Assembly: GCA_965112155.1 (NCBI GenBank)
Contig: OZ218098.1
From: Podarcis liolepis
Lineage: Eukaryota
Strand: one strand, 5' to 3'
Length of the DNA: 64,000 nucleotides
Position 1 is the first letter of the stretch; each line of letters starts with the position of its first letter. Of this stretch, positions 38,797 to 51,781 are shown one piece after another. Position numbers and translations under genes: made by a program. The notes under the pieces are model-generated. The model was not told where the DNA came from and did no database searches. It was given only the letters and a program-made list of their open reading frames with translations.

Positions 38797-39932
38797 TTCT
38801 ACGGCAAGCCATCTCAATGTTAGAGTTTCATAATGATCTCTGATGGCAGGAGCAGTGGGATTCTCTAAACTTTTCTATTATCAACATAACACTTTAACCA
38901 CATTTAAGTCCTGCCCTTCTTATAAGGAATTCAAGGTGCCCTGCTTTTCAGACTGGGTTCCTTCCTATGTTTATGGCCATGCTGGTCAACCAGAAGTTAT
39001 GAAGATGTGGAATGTATATAATCTGTTGATCTAGTAATCCCATCCTTGGCTTTGCAGCTACATTAAAGCACTGCTACATTAGGTATGGAAGTACCCCTGA
39101 GGCCAGAAAGTTCTCTGCAGAACAGAGTTCAACTGGGGGAACTGGTTACTCTTAGTCAAGGCCATCCAGACATTGCTTTCTGAGGCAATAAACTTACCAC
39201 AATATTGTTATTCCTCATAATAATACCGTAATAATATTTTTAAAATTTATCTAGCTGGGTTTCCCCAGCCACTCTAGGCGGCTTACAACATATATAAAAA
39301 CACAACAAAACATCAAACATTAAAAAAAAAATATTCTATACAAGCCACAAACAAACCAATAAATCAATATAAATCAACAACAACAACAATAATCTTACAC
39401 TAACCTGGCACTCTCTAAATGAGTGTGTGTGTTTGTGTGTATTTATAAATTTATTACTTGTCTCTCACCAAAAGTCCCAGGGTAGATTACAACAATATAC
39501 AATAAACACAAGTAAAAGAGTTCTAAACAAAAATAAAACAGTATAGATTAAACGGTACAGATTTTGGACTTCAACACCCCATTCGTCCCAGGAAACATGG
39601 TTATAGAACTGAGGGTCCTTGGAGATTGGAGGAGACTGCTTGACCTCATCAATTTAATGTGACAAATATTTCTTTCGGATGTGCCCTCATCCAACCTGTA
39701 TATGCCACACCACATAAGCTTCTAAGTTTGCAAGCCTCTCACTCTCTTTCTGTGATGTTGAAATCAAGGAAAGAAAGAGTAATCATGTGAAACTGATTAG
39801 ACAAGGTAAGCCTATTTGATATTATCATTTCAAAATGTGTTAAGCAGCTCTTAGGATTCCCTTTTGATAGCCTGGGATGAGCTGAGTACAGCTGGGGTTA
39901 GATAACAAAATAGCCAAGCCCATAGCTTAAAC

Positions 39933-40047
39933 CAGGGGTAGCCAATATGAAGCCCTTCTGATGTTCATATAATCCACAAGTTGGAAGGGAGGCTGATGGG
40001 AGTTGTAGTCCAACAACATTTGGAGGACATAATGTTGGCTACTCCTG
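39933..40047. mobile_element. Palindromic hAT MITE copy
   Basis: TIR caggggtagccaa / ttggctactcctg; perfect 8-bp TSD gcttaaac. Confidence 0.85.
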
Positions 40048-40412
40048 GCTTAAACTTTCTGCATCAGCGTTCTGCCCCATTGCTGATCAAATCTTAAGGG
40101 GCCTTGCCTAAGAAATGCTTGTGTTTTCATTACAGTGCCACAGCAAAATCAGAATAGCAGTCAAGATTTCTAAATGATAGCACACAATTAGAATGTGTAT
40201 ATAGACATTTATAAAATGAAGATAATTGGGTTAAGTAGTCTACCTTGGGGAATTTGACACATCTGCCTGGTTCCACCCATTCAGAATCACTGCATATAAA
40301 TTACCTCACTCTAGCTAATAACTACTCTCCTCACATTCTCTTCTCCCTCTCTATCCTTCTCAGACCCTCAGCGACCTCTTTTATGATGACTACTTCCAAA
40401 TCTGCCTTCCAT

Positions 40413-40690
40413 CTTGGCTATGTATACCTGAAGGAGCGTCTGCACCCCCATTGTTCTGCCCGGACACTGAGGTCCAGCTCCGAGGGCCTTCTGGCAGTTC
40501 CCTCATTGTGAGAAGTGAAGTTACAGGGAACCAGGCAGAGGGCCTTCTCGGTAGTGGCACCTGCCCCGTGGAACGTCCTCCCTTCAGATGTGAAGGAAAT
40601 AAACAACTATACAGTATGACATTTAGAAGACATCTATAGGCAGCCCTGTTTAGGGAAGCTTTTAATGACTGATGTTTTAATATATTTTTA
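40413..40690 (+). mobile_element. L2 LINE 3' fragment (degenerate ORF2 C-terminus)
   Basis: Translates to YLKERL...RTLRSS..GLL.VP...RAFSVVAP..WN.LP, typical of the L2/CR1-group ORF2 end; contains a stop and a frameshift. Confidence 0.75.
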
Positions 40691-41928
40691 ATCATTTATT
40701 TACCGGTATTTATTATACATACATACATACACCAGAGCTCCTTTTTGCCCTTATAGTGTTATGGGGCCAAACAGTCATAAGGGACATCATTAGCATGTTA
40801 TAAGGTATTCCCATTTAAGTGCCTGCCCTTGAGATAATAATATGCCTTTCTCCAGGAGGCTTTTTGGTGGGTTCCACAGCTTTGGAATTCCCTCCCCAAG
40901 CAAATCCAGGAGGCATTTTCTGTGAATTCATTTGGGCACCAGATTATTATTTAACTTAACACAGCTGTTCTGTTCTGAAACTACTATAGTTTCAATTATA
41001 GTAGTTTTAATTTATTGTCCATTTTAGTGTTTTAATTTGTATAACTATATTGCTTTTTAACTTACTGTAATTGCTTTTTAATACATTAAAGAATTTGAGT
41101 CGCTGCAGAGTTCTGGCCATCTCTCTGCCACATGGTGATGATAAATATCCTAATTTCCCCAGTCAAACCATCTCTCTATTTTTCAGTCACTGATAAAATT
41201 ATTTTTATTCTCCTTTTGTTCGCCCCCCCCCCCCCAATGATCTTTTCTGATCAACGTTTCTAAAATCTGACCTGGTGTAGACTGCATTTAAATATGTGAT
41301 ACATGTCCAGGTCAATTTTGTTCAAAGATTGTCCTCTCCATTGCACCCCCCCCCCCCCGCTCCTGCCATTCCTGGTTATTTCTTTCTTGGTGCATTTGAG
41401 ATGTTGTCAATGATGAACTAGTCATTCCAAAGACTAGTGTTGTACAACAACTCCCTGTTTATAGTGCGAATACCACTTGAGGCTCCACATAGAGGTCCGC
41501 TTTCACTTCTAGCCCTTACCATGAGGTGGCCTTCTGCTTGTTGTATAAAAGTTCACAATCAAAGATGCTGTTTGCATCTTTGTACACAGGCCATGCTAGA
41601 GGTCACTACACGCCTCCTTAAGCAAACAGGGATCCACGCCAGCTGATAAATCATTTACAAGAAGTCAGAAGGGAAGAGCTGGAGATTAAACAGGTCACTA
41701 GGTGTCCTGATGGAATGACGTGTTGGAAGAGCTGAACCAGCAGATCCTGGAACTGCAACCAATAAGTTTCCAACAAACGGACTGAAATGCACGAGAAAAG
41801 AAAAAAGCACCCTTTAGAGATTGGTTAGAAAGAAGTATTACTGCCAGCATGGATTAGTGGCTAAAGAATTTAGCATTGAACTCAGAAATCAAAGTTCACG
41901 TTGTTACTCAAATATGAAATCATGAGTG

Positions 41929-42564
41929 CATACCCTCCAAGTGTCCCTGTTTTCCAGGGACAGTCCCAGAATTATGAAAACCATCCCAGCTTCTGATTTG
42001 ATCCTGGAATGTCCTATTTCACCACCACCAGTGCTGAGCTTGGGGAGGATGAGTGGGTGCTTGTCCTCAACGGCTGTGAGGGGGCATCCCATTTCTTCTC
42101 CATGGCCACCACTGCTGGCCTCCTCCATCAGGCAGCTCATAGCAGGTGCTGGAGAGTGGGTGAGGAGGAGAAGAAAAGGCAGCCACCACTGAGACCCAGC
42201 CCCACTTGGCTCCAAAATGCAGACATGGGCAAGGGCTGTCCTGGGTGTGAAGAAAGGGGGAGCAGAGGAGAGTGCAAGGAGTCTTGATAATTTTTTTTAA
42301 TTATTTGTGTCTAATCTTGCCCCTTTCTAAAATGTATTTATTAGGCTGTGATTTTCTTTTTGTAAATCTACAATAGAATAGAATAGAATAGAATAGAATA
42401 TGGATTAATGGTTTTTTTCAAGACAGTGGAAGGTGTGCGTTCCATTGGAGTAGTGGTGGTGAAAATGCTCGTTTTTGTTGTTTTACAAAAAACGGAGGGT
42501 CGAGGAGGATCATGTGTGCATGACAAAAGTCCCTATTTCCATCTGAGGAATGTTGGAGGGTATG
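41929..42564. mobile_element. DNA-transposon MITE (hAT-like) inserted in an old tRNA-derived SINE
   Basis: Perfect 12-bp TIR cataccctccaa / ttggagggtatg; tgagtg on both flanks; internal (AATAG)n at 42372-42400. Confidence 0.7.
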
Positions 42565-43759
42565 TGAGTGGTTTGGGGAAAGTCACTGTCTTGCAGGCTC
42601 AGAGGCCTGTATGTTAACAGGACCCCTGGTGGTGGCAGTGATGCACTATCTTTAGGCAAGCAAGCAAGTAGCCTGGTATGGAATTAAACTCCTTTGCACC
42701 AGGCTGCACAGCAACCCAACAAGCAGGCCCCTTCATTAAGGATCTTATTCAGATCTCCCCACTTGCATCTTGTCACAGTAAAAGTCAATAATATTCATGG
42801 CCGCTGTGATCCAAGCAGATGTGAAAGGTAAGTCAAGACCGATGTAGGAGGGTATCAGCTGAAAGGAGAAAATCAAACCATTTTTGTCTCTCTTGTTTCC
42901 GGGACATAATTATAAACTGCCGCAATGGTTGTGAGAGTCGCTTCTTCCCCCTCCTGAGCTTGACAATGCAATGGAGAGTGGGTGGATTGAAGGAATTTGC
43001 AGGAGTGCAGGGCAGAGGGAGAATAGGGGAACACGAATGGCAGCTTCCAGAGCAACAGCTTGCTAACTGACTGTTATTAACTGAAAATATGGAAACAGCT
43101 GCTGAGCACAGTGCAACATCTTCAAAGATTTGTGCAGGCAGGGCTAGGCTCCTTAGGGGAAAGAACTTTCAAACGTTTGGGAGTTGGAAATGCCCTCAGG
43201 TGCAGGATTTCTTTCTTTTTTAAAAAAGGGGGTGGTGGCGAGAATTAAAATCTTCATACCTCACCCTTCCTTACAAACCAGAACCATAAAATACAATAAA
43301 AGGCTGTTAATGGTTCTCATCAAACAATGTAATCCTTCCTCTCCTGTCATAATATCCTCTCCACACAGACACACACAAAAGAAACTACAGCAAGGATCCA
43401 AAGGAGATGCTTGTAGAAAATGTTGGTTTTATCACCTGGGCAGAGTATAAAGTTAGATTACGATCACAATTAATATTATTCATGTAGTGCCAAAAATGTG
43501 CGTGGTTCTTTCCTAAGTAATCAGGGCAGGCTCTACGGTTGTGCCGCAAGGAGGGTTACAATCTAAAATCTGATACAGGAGAAGACCAGAGGGAGTGAGG
43601 GCAGCAAGGAAGGAATATGCATTTTGTTCAAATGGCATCCAACTTGCTGCTTAGGAAGAGAGGATGAGTACATTAACTAGAGATATCTGCTAAAATGATC
43701 AGCAGTGAGGCTTCATAAAATAATCGTAACATTTAAAATAATCAGCACTGTATCTCAAA

Positions 43760-43940
43760 AATGCCATGGTGCACCCGTAGCAGCAAAATCGGACGCCTTC
43801 ATCTGCCCCACCTGCAATAAAACATGTCTCTCCCTGATTTGGTCTCTACAGCAGATGCTGCAACTCTCCCAATGGTTTGGTTTTACCCCTGAAGGCACAC
43901 TCTTCCATTGTCTCCCGAGACAGACAGATGCCAACAACAA
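43760..43940 (+). mobile_element. RTE-clade LINE 3' fragment
   Basis: Encodes AFICPTCNKTCLS (C-terminal Cys motif) and ends tccattgtctcccgagacagacagatgcc-(caa)n. Confidence 0.65.
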
Positions 43941-44245
43941 ATCTGAGAACTGAGTTTATATCTTTTTGCTGAACGAGAGTAGCACACATCGCACACAAAC
44001 ATATATTTACTGTGTGGTTCCCGTTCCGTGAGTTGGGGGGGGCAGGGGCAGGAATGGTACCCAGGGCCCCTCACCCTCAAGGGTGGAACATTCCAACATT
44101 GAAAGTACACTCCTGTTGAGACATTGGGCCAGGGTGTAACAAGAAGGGGGCTTCAGGTAATTATGCAAGCCACCCACCCCCTGGGCCTCTGAGAATCTTT
44201 TAAAAGAGCATTTTCTTATCACAATCAAAGTGAAGGAAGTGATAT

Positions 44246-44694
44246 TGTTGCACACCACACCAATCTGAGCAGTATGAGATTCCACCCAGGCTTCGTGTTT
44301 CCTTCAGAATGAGGCACAGCAGAGACTGTGGTTTCTTTATGGTATGTGGTTTATTTACACATGTATACAAACTGAGTCTGTGATGGAGGGGCTCACAGCA
44401 TTAAAGCCCGTGTGGCTCTGTCTCTCTGTTTCTAGCCTGCAGTTTTTGCATCCAGCTTCTAGCTCACACAACTCAACTCTTAACTCTGGCCTTATGTATT
44501 TCTAACAGACAGTTGAGGGAGGGAGGCCCACCCATTCCCCCTCTGCCACAGAGCCACTGTTACCCTAAAGGACCCATACTTAGGGGGGCCATTACCAGGC
44601 TGGCCTGGCTAGTCCAGCAATTGAATCCTTGCTGGTTCCAGGAATTAGAAGTTGCACTCAGGCATACAGCCTACCCTGTCCCCAACTCACAACA
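44246..44694 (-). mobile_element. Solo LTR (Gypsy/ERV1-type), 449 bp
   Basis: tgttg...caaca termini, 4-bp TSD atat on both sides, AATAAA on the minus strand; homologous to 58856-59353. Confidence 0.8.
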
Positions 44695-46483
44695 ATATGT
44701 TTCTATTCAGAAGTTTGAATTCAGGAGTAAAAAAATATAAATGAGTAGGTGTATGATTCCCATGTCTAGGATTGCCTTACAATATTATTTTCTAAGGGTC
44801 CGAGGAAAAATCTAGTTGGTCAGAATCTAAGAGGAGGCTCCCTCTGTTTCTTTGTTTTTTTAAAACTAGATTTTGAACTAGTGGAGCATGTCTCACTCAC
44901 TCACTCACTCACATTTTGCTTCATTCCCTCCACCTCCCCATTTTTCTAATAGGCTATTCATCTCCTCTTTTTTAAAAATAGAAAATGAGGTTTTAAAATG
45001 TTGGACATCATGGTATATTTCCACATATTTCCTCCCCCACATGCCATGTTTATTATGTCTCAGTAGAAATGGCGATAGGCCTTCCATGAATAATGGCTTT
45101 TTACAGCCAAGGCCCTTCATGAATGACAACCCAGACATTTGTTATTCTGAGTAGCTTGTACGTGCAGTGCTAAATGTAGTAACTTTGATACAAGTCTGGG
45201 TGAAGGATTTATGGTTTGTTTTCTGTTTTAATTAAAAGAGCACTGAAGCATCCTGCTAGAGTTAAGAGGGTGATACGGACTTTGGATGGAGATCTAAAGG
45301 AAAAAGTATGTCATTTCTGTTTCTTGAATGTGCCCCTTTAATTGTAATCGGCCACAAGCCAGGTAACCTATTAAACCCTTTGCCCCTTGCACTGCAAGAG
45401 GATAAGAGCATGTAAAATCCAGTAACTCTTTAACTAGGAGACCAAGCATTACTTCAGTTCAACAACAAATACTCTTTTGTTTCTTTGGCTCAAAGTTGCC
45501 GACCAGAGTATCTGCTTCACAGCCCACAGTACCTGAAAGAGCCTTAGCTCTGCCAAAGAGAGCCCGAGATACAACCTACCTCTTCCCCTTGCTTGATGAC
45601 CCTTCCTCTGGAGATCCTTGTACTCAACTTGTATTTCTTACTTGTCCCTCACAAGACAAAATACAAACAATATTGAGTTTGTCATCTCCAGATTTTGGAG
45701 TGTTTTCAGCAACTCTTGTGGCTTAGCTAACATAACCCTGTGGGGTGCCTGGAATATAGCCCTTTTTGGCCCTTGAGTCTGAAGTGTTTGGTCAGTGGAG
45801 ATTAAAAATTTGGATGAATTCTGTCAGAAAAGGAAATGAGAGTGGAAATAGCCACAGTTTGCATGTCCAGTTTGCATGTATTTGTAACGTCAAATACAAG
45901 AGGTATTCACTATCTTTTTTTTTTAGTCCACAAATGCCTCCTAAGCTGATGCTCTAAACCACTACACTGATAAACTAGCCTGCTTCCCCCCATTCTTTAA
46001 CTTTGCACACGCACCCTGGAAAAAGTGCCGTGGACAGCCATGTATGCTGCAACTCCAGATACAAGAAAGTGACTGAGACTGAAGCTTACAGGTCATCCTG
46101 GCCTAGGGCTGTGAAGCCAGAGCCAGATATGAGAAAATAAGGGTGGAATTGGGTTCAGGTTTGGGTTAAGCTCTATTTAACTAGATGTGACTTAGTTTTG
46201 CGCAGAAATGTATAGAACTGTGCTGCAAATCACTCATTTGCATATCACTCAAGAATTATACGCTTGTCTCCTCTTTTAAGATACCCATCTTAGGTAAGAG
46301 GAACAACTTTCTTCCCCCTTTTCTCCTCTCTGTTTAGAAAGAACTCTAGTTTGTTGTTGTTGTGGTTGTTCAGCTTGTTGGCTTTCCCCTTTCTTATTCC
46401 AGGAATCATTGCAGGGATTGGGGGAAGATAAGCTAGAGGCATTGCACACTGCTTTAGACCACTCTCTCTCCTCGCCTTTCCCA

Positions 46484-46803
46484 TTGAGCCTCTTGGGCTT
46501 GCCAATCAGAAGGTCAGTGGTTCGAATCCCCGCAATGGGGTGAGCTCCCGTTGCTCTGTTCCCAGCTTCTGCCAACCTAGCAGTTCGAAATCACACCAGT
46601 GCAAGTAGATAAATAGGTGGGAAGGTAAACAGCGCTTCCGTGCGCTCTGGCTTCTGTCACGGTATTCCGGTGGCCACATGACTCTGAAAGCTGTCTGCGG
46701 GCAAACGCCGGCTCCCTCGGCCTGAAAGCGAGATGAGCGCTGCAACCCCATAGTCGCCTTTGACTGGACTTAACCATCCAGGAGTCCTTTATCTTTTTAC
46801 CTT
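46484..46803 (+). mobile_element. Sauria SINE (5'-truncated)
   Basis: Aligns with the 15911 copy; B box ggttcgaatcc; ctttatctttttacctt tail. Confidence 0.87.
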
Positions 46804-46867
46804 GCTACCAATACAACACCAGGTCCCATATATCCTTCCAAAACAAGAGGCTGCTGAGAGGGAAAGT

Positions 46868-46993
46868 CTGGCTAGCCAACGTGGTAGCTTCTAGTTGTTG
46901 CTGGACTCCACATCCCATCAGCCCAAGCCATCCGGGCCAGTAGTCAGGAAGGATAGGAGTTGTAGTCCAACAACATCTGGAGGGCATAGCTGT
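46868..46993. mobile_element. Palindromic hAT MITE copy (degenerate)
   Basis: ggactccacatcccatcag...ggagttgtagtccaacaacatctggagggc. Confidence 0.65.
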
Positions 46994-48289
46994 CAATGTT
47001 TCCCTTTTTTAAAGGGAAATTCCCTTATTGAGAATAGGATTCCTCACAAGAAAAGGGAAAAGTTGACAGCTATGCTGGAGGGCACCACGGTGGCTTGTCC
47101 CTGTTGTAATATGTTCCATATGTTCTCCAGGTGGCTTACAAAACAGTAAAATATATGCATAAAAGAAAATTAACATAGCATTCCAAATCAAAATAAAAGT
47201 GTCAGTAATAATCATGACTGTCAAAGATTATTATTTTTTAACATTTAAGGTCAGGGGTTTTTTTAAACAGGCAGGCATAGCAACCAGGAGGCAAGCTGAA
47301 CTGGGAACACAATAGGCTGGGGATGGATGGAAGTTCTTTTTGCACCAAAATACCAACAAAAATATCCTCCTAAGCCTGCTATTTGCACTGGGTATAAAGG
47401 TCTCATGGATGCCAATTTCTCCTCATCTCTGCTTAGAACAGTGGTTTGACCAAAGCTGCCTAATGTCTTTATGACTTGAAGTTAGATTTGAACTAGGGAC
47501 TTCCCAGTTGACACTCAAAGCCACTATACAACATCATCTCTCAAACACTGACTAGATTATCTCACTGATAACAAGGAGAGTTTTGATTTTAGCCTGCATA
47601 TATCAACCAAACACATGCATGTTAAAAGTATTTGCCTACGACTATAGAAACACATGGGTCTCATATTTGAAACAGAACGACTATGGATTTCCAGAGGTGT
47701 TTTCAGAGTATGTAAAACTTCCCCACATGTTGGAAATCTGCTTACAGCAGCAAATACATGAGAACCTAACGATGAAAGAGAATGGCCTCTTAAAATGGAA
47801 CTGTTTCACTCACTGTGAGTCAAAATGAGAAAGCACACAGAGCTGTGGAAAGTGAAGAAGGTGTTCAGTAAAGTTATTTGAATCATTAAAAAAAGGACTT
47901 AGTGTGTGAAAAATTAAAAACAAAACAAAACACTAGACCTAAACAAGACATGAGATGGCTGCTGTGTTAAGTTTCTTGAGAACAAGATCTGAATAAGGGA
48001 ATATCAGGGTAGGTCCCTCTTCTGTTCATCTATGCTTGCAAGTTATTCAGAAGTCTTCGTTGGGTAACCTCACCTGCTTACTTACATCTTTACAAAACAT
48101 TTGCCTCCAGCAAGGTCCAGTTTGTATGGGTGCTATTTGGTTAGCTGAGAGCTCACCATAAGTTCAAATATATATAGCAATATATAGTCAGGAGACTATG
48201 GAAACTTCAGGGCAGAATTGTCTCTTTTCCATTCTCATCTCATTGGCATCCAATAGCAACCGAGGTAGAATCTTCCACACATAGGAATA

Positions 48290-48640
48290 GGCAAATCTGT
48301 CAATTTGGTTTTTCTTAGTTTTTCATTTTTCCATTCTTAAGTTCAGTTCCACATCAGCTTGAAAATTATTACGAAATAAGTCCTAATGAAAATTCAGTGT
48401 TTTAGCATGAATTTATCCTACTATACACATATTTGAGCAATTCTGCCTACTATACAAATTTGGCAAAGCAATTTTCACTATGCATCTTTATACACACTTC
48501 ATTCCAGTACATGCATTTTTGGACACGTTACGTGGCTAGAGAACTGCTTTGCAAAATTCGGATAAGTGAATTTAAATAGCTGTGTTACTGTTTGTGCATT
48601 GTTTTGGAAAGTACAGATTAGGCAGATGAATTGAATTGGT
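48290..48640. repeat. Old AT-rich interspersed repeat, copy 1
   Basis: Shares blocks (tttcattttt..cttaagttcagtt, gagaactgc) with 57450-57805. Confidence 0.5.
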
Positions 48641-49690
48641 TTCCCTACACTGTCACCCCTTGGAAAGACATCCATCAGGGACTGATTTGAATGAGGCACA
48701 TGCTTAGACATCATATGCAGATGTCTGGTCATGACTATACCATCATATTGAGAAAGCATAATAAGCATTTGAAAAATAAACCCACTTTGCCAAATCCCCA
48801 CATACTGAACTGATTGTAGTTACTAGCCCCAAGTTAAGCATATTATGTTCTATGAACCAGGCATGTTCATGTTATACTGAGTACTGGAGCCGAGGGGGAT
48901 TCTGGGACAAACTTTTTACAGTGTTAGAAAGCAAGAATATATTATATTACCATATAATCCAAGGCATTCTCCCTGCAGAAAAACACAAAAAGTTATTTAA
49001 TGAACTCTGACCAAAGAATTTAAACATGGCACCATAAGCTCAGGTTTCACTTCCTAAAAGAGAAACCAAATACAGAAGTGAAGACTTTTGAAATAAAACA
49101 CAGGCTTATGATGGGAGGAGTAGAGTTGTAGCCACATCCTGACTGGTTATGCTGTTTATAACCGGTGAAAGTCCCTCTAAAATTAACCTCCCACTGACAT
49201 AACCCAAGCGTTATTAGTTTTGCAACATCAATAACTGACTTTCCTTCTCCCTTCTTCCCGGTTGCTCTTCTTATCCAGAGTCACAGAGTTTTTAAACAGA
49301 AAGGTAATACGCTTTCTCACCTGGTCTGTCGTTCTTTTTGCATAAATCATGTCACATTGACACACAGGAGACACTGTAATACACAAAACACATGTTGCTA
49401 TAGATCCAGCTGGTAGTAAATAAGAGCTCCAAGAATGTATAGAGTTTTATGACACAGAAGCACACTTGGCTATATGCCAATGGTCTAAAAACAGGGGTGC
49501 GAAATTATTATTGTTATTAAATATCTTATCAAAAAATCACTCAGTTGCAGATTTTAAAGAAATTCTGAAAATTGACATTTATATTAAATCTGACATTTAA
49601 TATAAGGGCCCACTTTCTGAAAGGAGCCCAGTGGTTTCCATGTCTAAATTCTCTAACAAAACTGACAGTGGAGTAAAGGCACATAAGTAG

Positions 49691-49937
49691 TGTTATGTAC
49701 TGAAGTTCTCACCCTGGGCCAGCAGGGGGATACTGTAGATAGTTATGCAAATGAAGGATTGAAAGTGACGTTCAGTGATTGGATAGTTTTAGAAAGTTGT
49801 TACAGTAACGTGGTACTAGAGCTCTATATAAGCAGGCTGTCTGAGCCCTTCAGTTCAGTTCTGTCCTGGCCTGTGAATAAACAAGAGCTGTTTGAAGAAT
49901 CGCTGTGTCGTCTGATATGTTCACCCACAACTTAACA
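49691..49937 (+). mobile_element. Short solo LTR, 247 bp (Copia/Gypsy-type)
   Basis: tgtta...taaca termini, perfect 5-bp TSD agtag, TATATAA at 49825 and AATAAA at 49876. Confidence 0.85.
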
Positions 49938-50390
49938 AGTAGTGCTTCCACTGATAATGCAGATCAACATTCACTTTAGGAGGGAACCAATTTGGCAGTT
50001 TAAGACTTCTTAGAGGGGGATCAGCACACCACTGGCCTTCCACAGTGTCAGTAGCAAACGACAAACCTCCGGATGCTGCTCCCAGTGAACTTCCAGTGCA
50101 GCCCTTCTGCCAGGGATGAAAGGAGAAACAGTCTCTTAATTCCTGGGCTGGCATTTGAGCAGCTGCGGCTGCAGGAATAGGAACTGGAGAACTGGAGCAG
50201 GAACACACATGGTTCAAGGAATGGTAGGATGCCAGGTCTTGAGCCAGCCCAGATTTAGGATAACTTCTTCTTTGGCAGGGCATCTGTTCCCTTCACACGA
50301 CAAGATCCATCTAGTGAAGCTTTCGCCATCAAATTCTTGCTTTTTTGTGTAGACATTAAAGACATAGCAGAAAAGTTGGTACCCTTACAC

Positions 50391-50844
50391 CAGGCATGTC
50401 CAAAGTCCGGCCCAGGGGCCAAATCCGGCCCCCTGGTTGATTTAATCTGACCCCCCCCCAGCAATTCTGAGTGCCTGCTGTTCGGCTTGTTCTGCCCAGG
50501 AGTCCACGCATCAGCAGAGAGCTGTAGCTCTCCAGCATCGACCCTTGAAACTGCCCACCTGCGCCCTGTTCTGTTTTCTGGCTGCTGTTCGGCTTGCGCA
50601 GGCGTCCTGCATGTGGCTCTCTATCGTGGCCACTGTGCAGCTCGCTCTCCCACCTGCCTACGGGCTCTTGCAGGGGCTCGCCGTGCGGGTTGCTTTCATG
50701 CCCGCAGGCGCTCTCGCCTGTTTATCTACCCCTCAACAACTTTGGGGTAAAATCCTAAAAAAAAGCCCAACAACTTTGACCGGCCCTCACACACGTTCAC
50801 TTCATCAAATCTGGCCCTCTTTGAAAAAAGTTTGGACACCACTG
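50391..50844. mobile_element. hAT/Charlie-type MITE, 454 bp
   Basis: caggcatgtccaaa / tttggacaccactg termini, ggccc subterminal repeats, perfect 8-bp TSD ccttacac. Confidence 0.85.
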
Positions 50845-51008
50845 CCTTACACTGATCATGGGCTAGATTCAACTAAGTTGTTGCACTAGTGGAGGCAGCA
50901 CAAACGAACTTTCCCTTCCCCCCAGCACCCCCCCCAAATCTTCTCAGGAAGGTCAGGAGAACCCCCAGAAGAGCAGCTGGGGGTGGGGAGAAGAGTGGGA
51001 ATTGTTCA

Positions 51009-51386
51009 GTAAAGGTAAAGGACCCCCAGACGGTTAAGTCCAGTCAAAGACGACTATGGGGTGCAGCAATCATCTTGCTTCAGGCCGAGGGAGATGGCGT
51101 TTGTTCACAGACAGCTTTCCGAGTCATGTGGCCAGCATGACTAAACTGCTTCTGGCGCAACGGAACACCATGACGAGTGCCAGAGTGCACGGAAACGCCA
51201 TTTACCTTCCCGCCGCAGCGGTACCTATTTATCTACTTGCACTGACATGCTTTCGAACTGCAAGGTTGGCAGGAGCAGGGACTGAGCAACGGGAGCTCAC
51301 CCTGCCGTGTGGATTCGAACCGCTGACCTTCCAATCAGCAAGCCCAAGAAGCTCAGTGGTTTAGACCACAGCGCCACACACTCCCC
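51009..51386 (-). mobile_element. Sauria SINE (near full length)
   Basis: Reverse complement of the 15911 family; (aaaggt)n tail at the left end. Confidence 0.88.
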
Positions 51387-51539
51387 AAGTATAAGAAATG
51401 CTTACACTGATTGTATTAGCATGACATTGAATTCCATCCAAGGAACAGGATTCAGCTCAGTTTTACTCAGAGTATTTCCATTTAAGTCTATTAATGTTAC
51501 TCTGAGTAAAATTTGGCTGAATACCACCCAAGAATAATA

Positions 51540-51781
51540 CAGTGGTACTTCGGGTTACATACGCTTCAGGTTACAGACCCGTCAGGTTACAGACTCCACT
51601 AACCCAGAAATATTACTTCGGGTTAAGAACTTTGCTTCAGGATGAGAACCAAAATCGTGCTCTGGCGGTGCAGCGGCAGCAGGAAGCTCCATTAGCTAAA
51701 GTGGTGCTTCAGGTTAAGAACAGTTTCAGGTTAAGAACAGACCTCCAGAACAAATTAAGTTCTTAACCCGAGGTACCACTG
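51540..51781. mobile_element. Tc1/pogo(Tigger)-like MITE
   Basis: TA|cagtggtacttcgggtta...taacccgaggtaccactg|TA. Confidence 0.87.
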
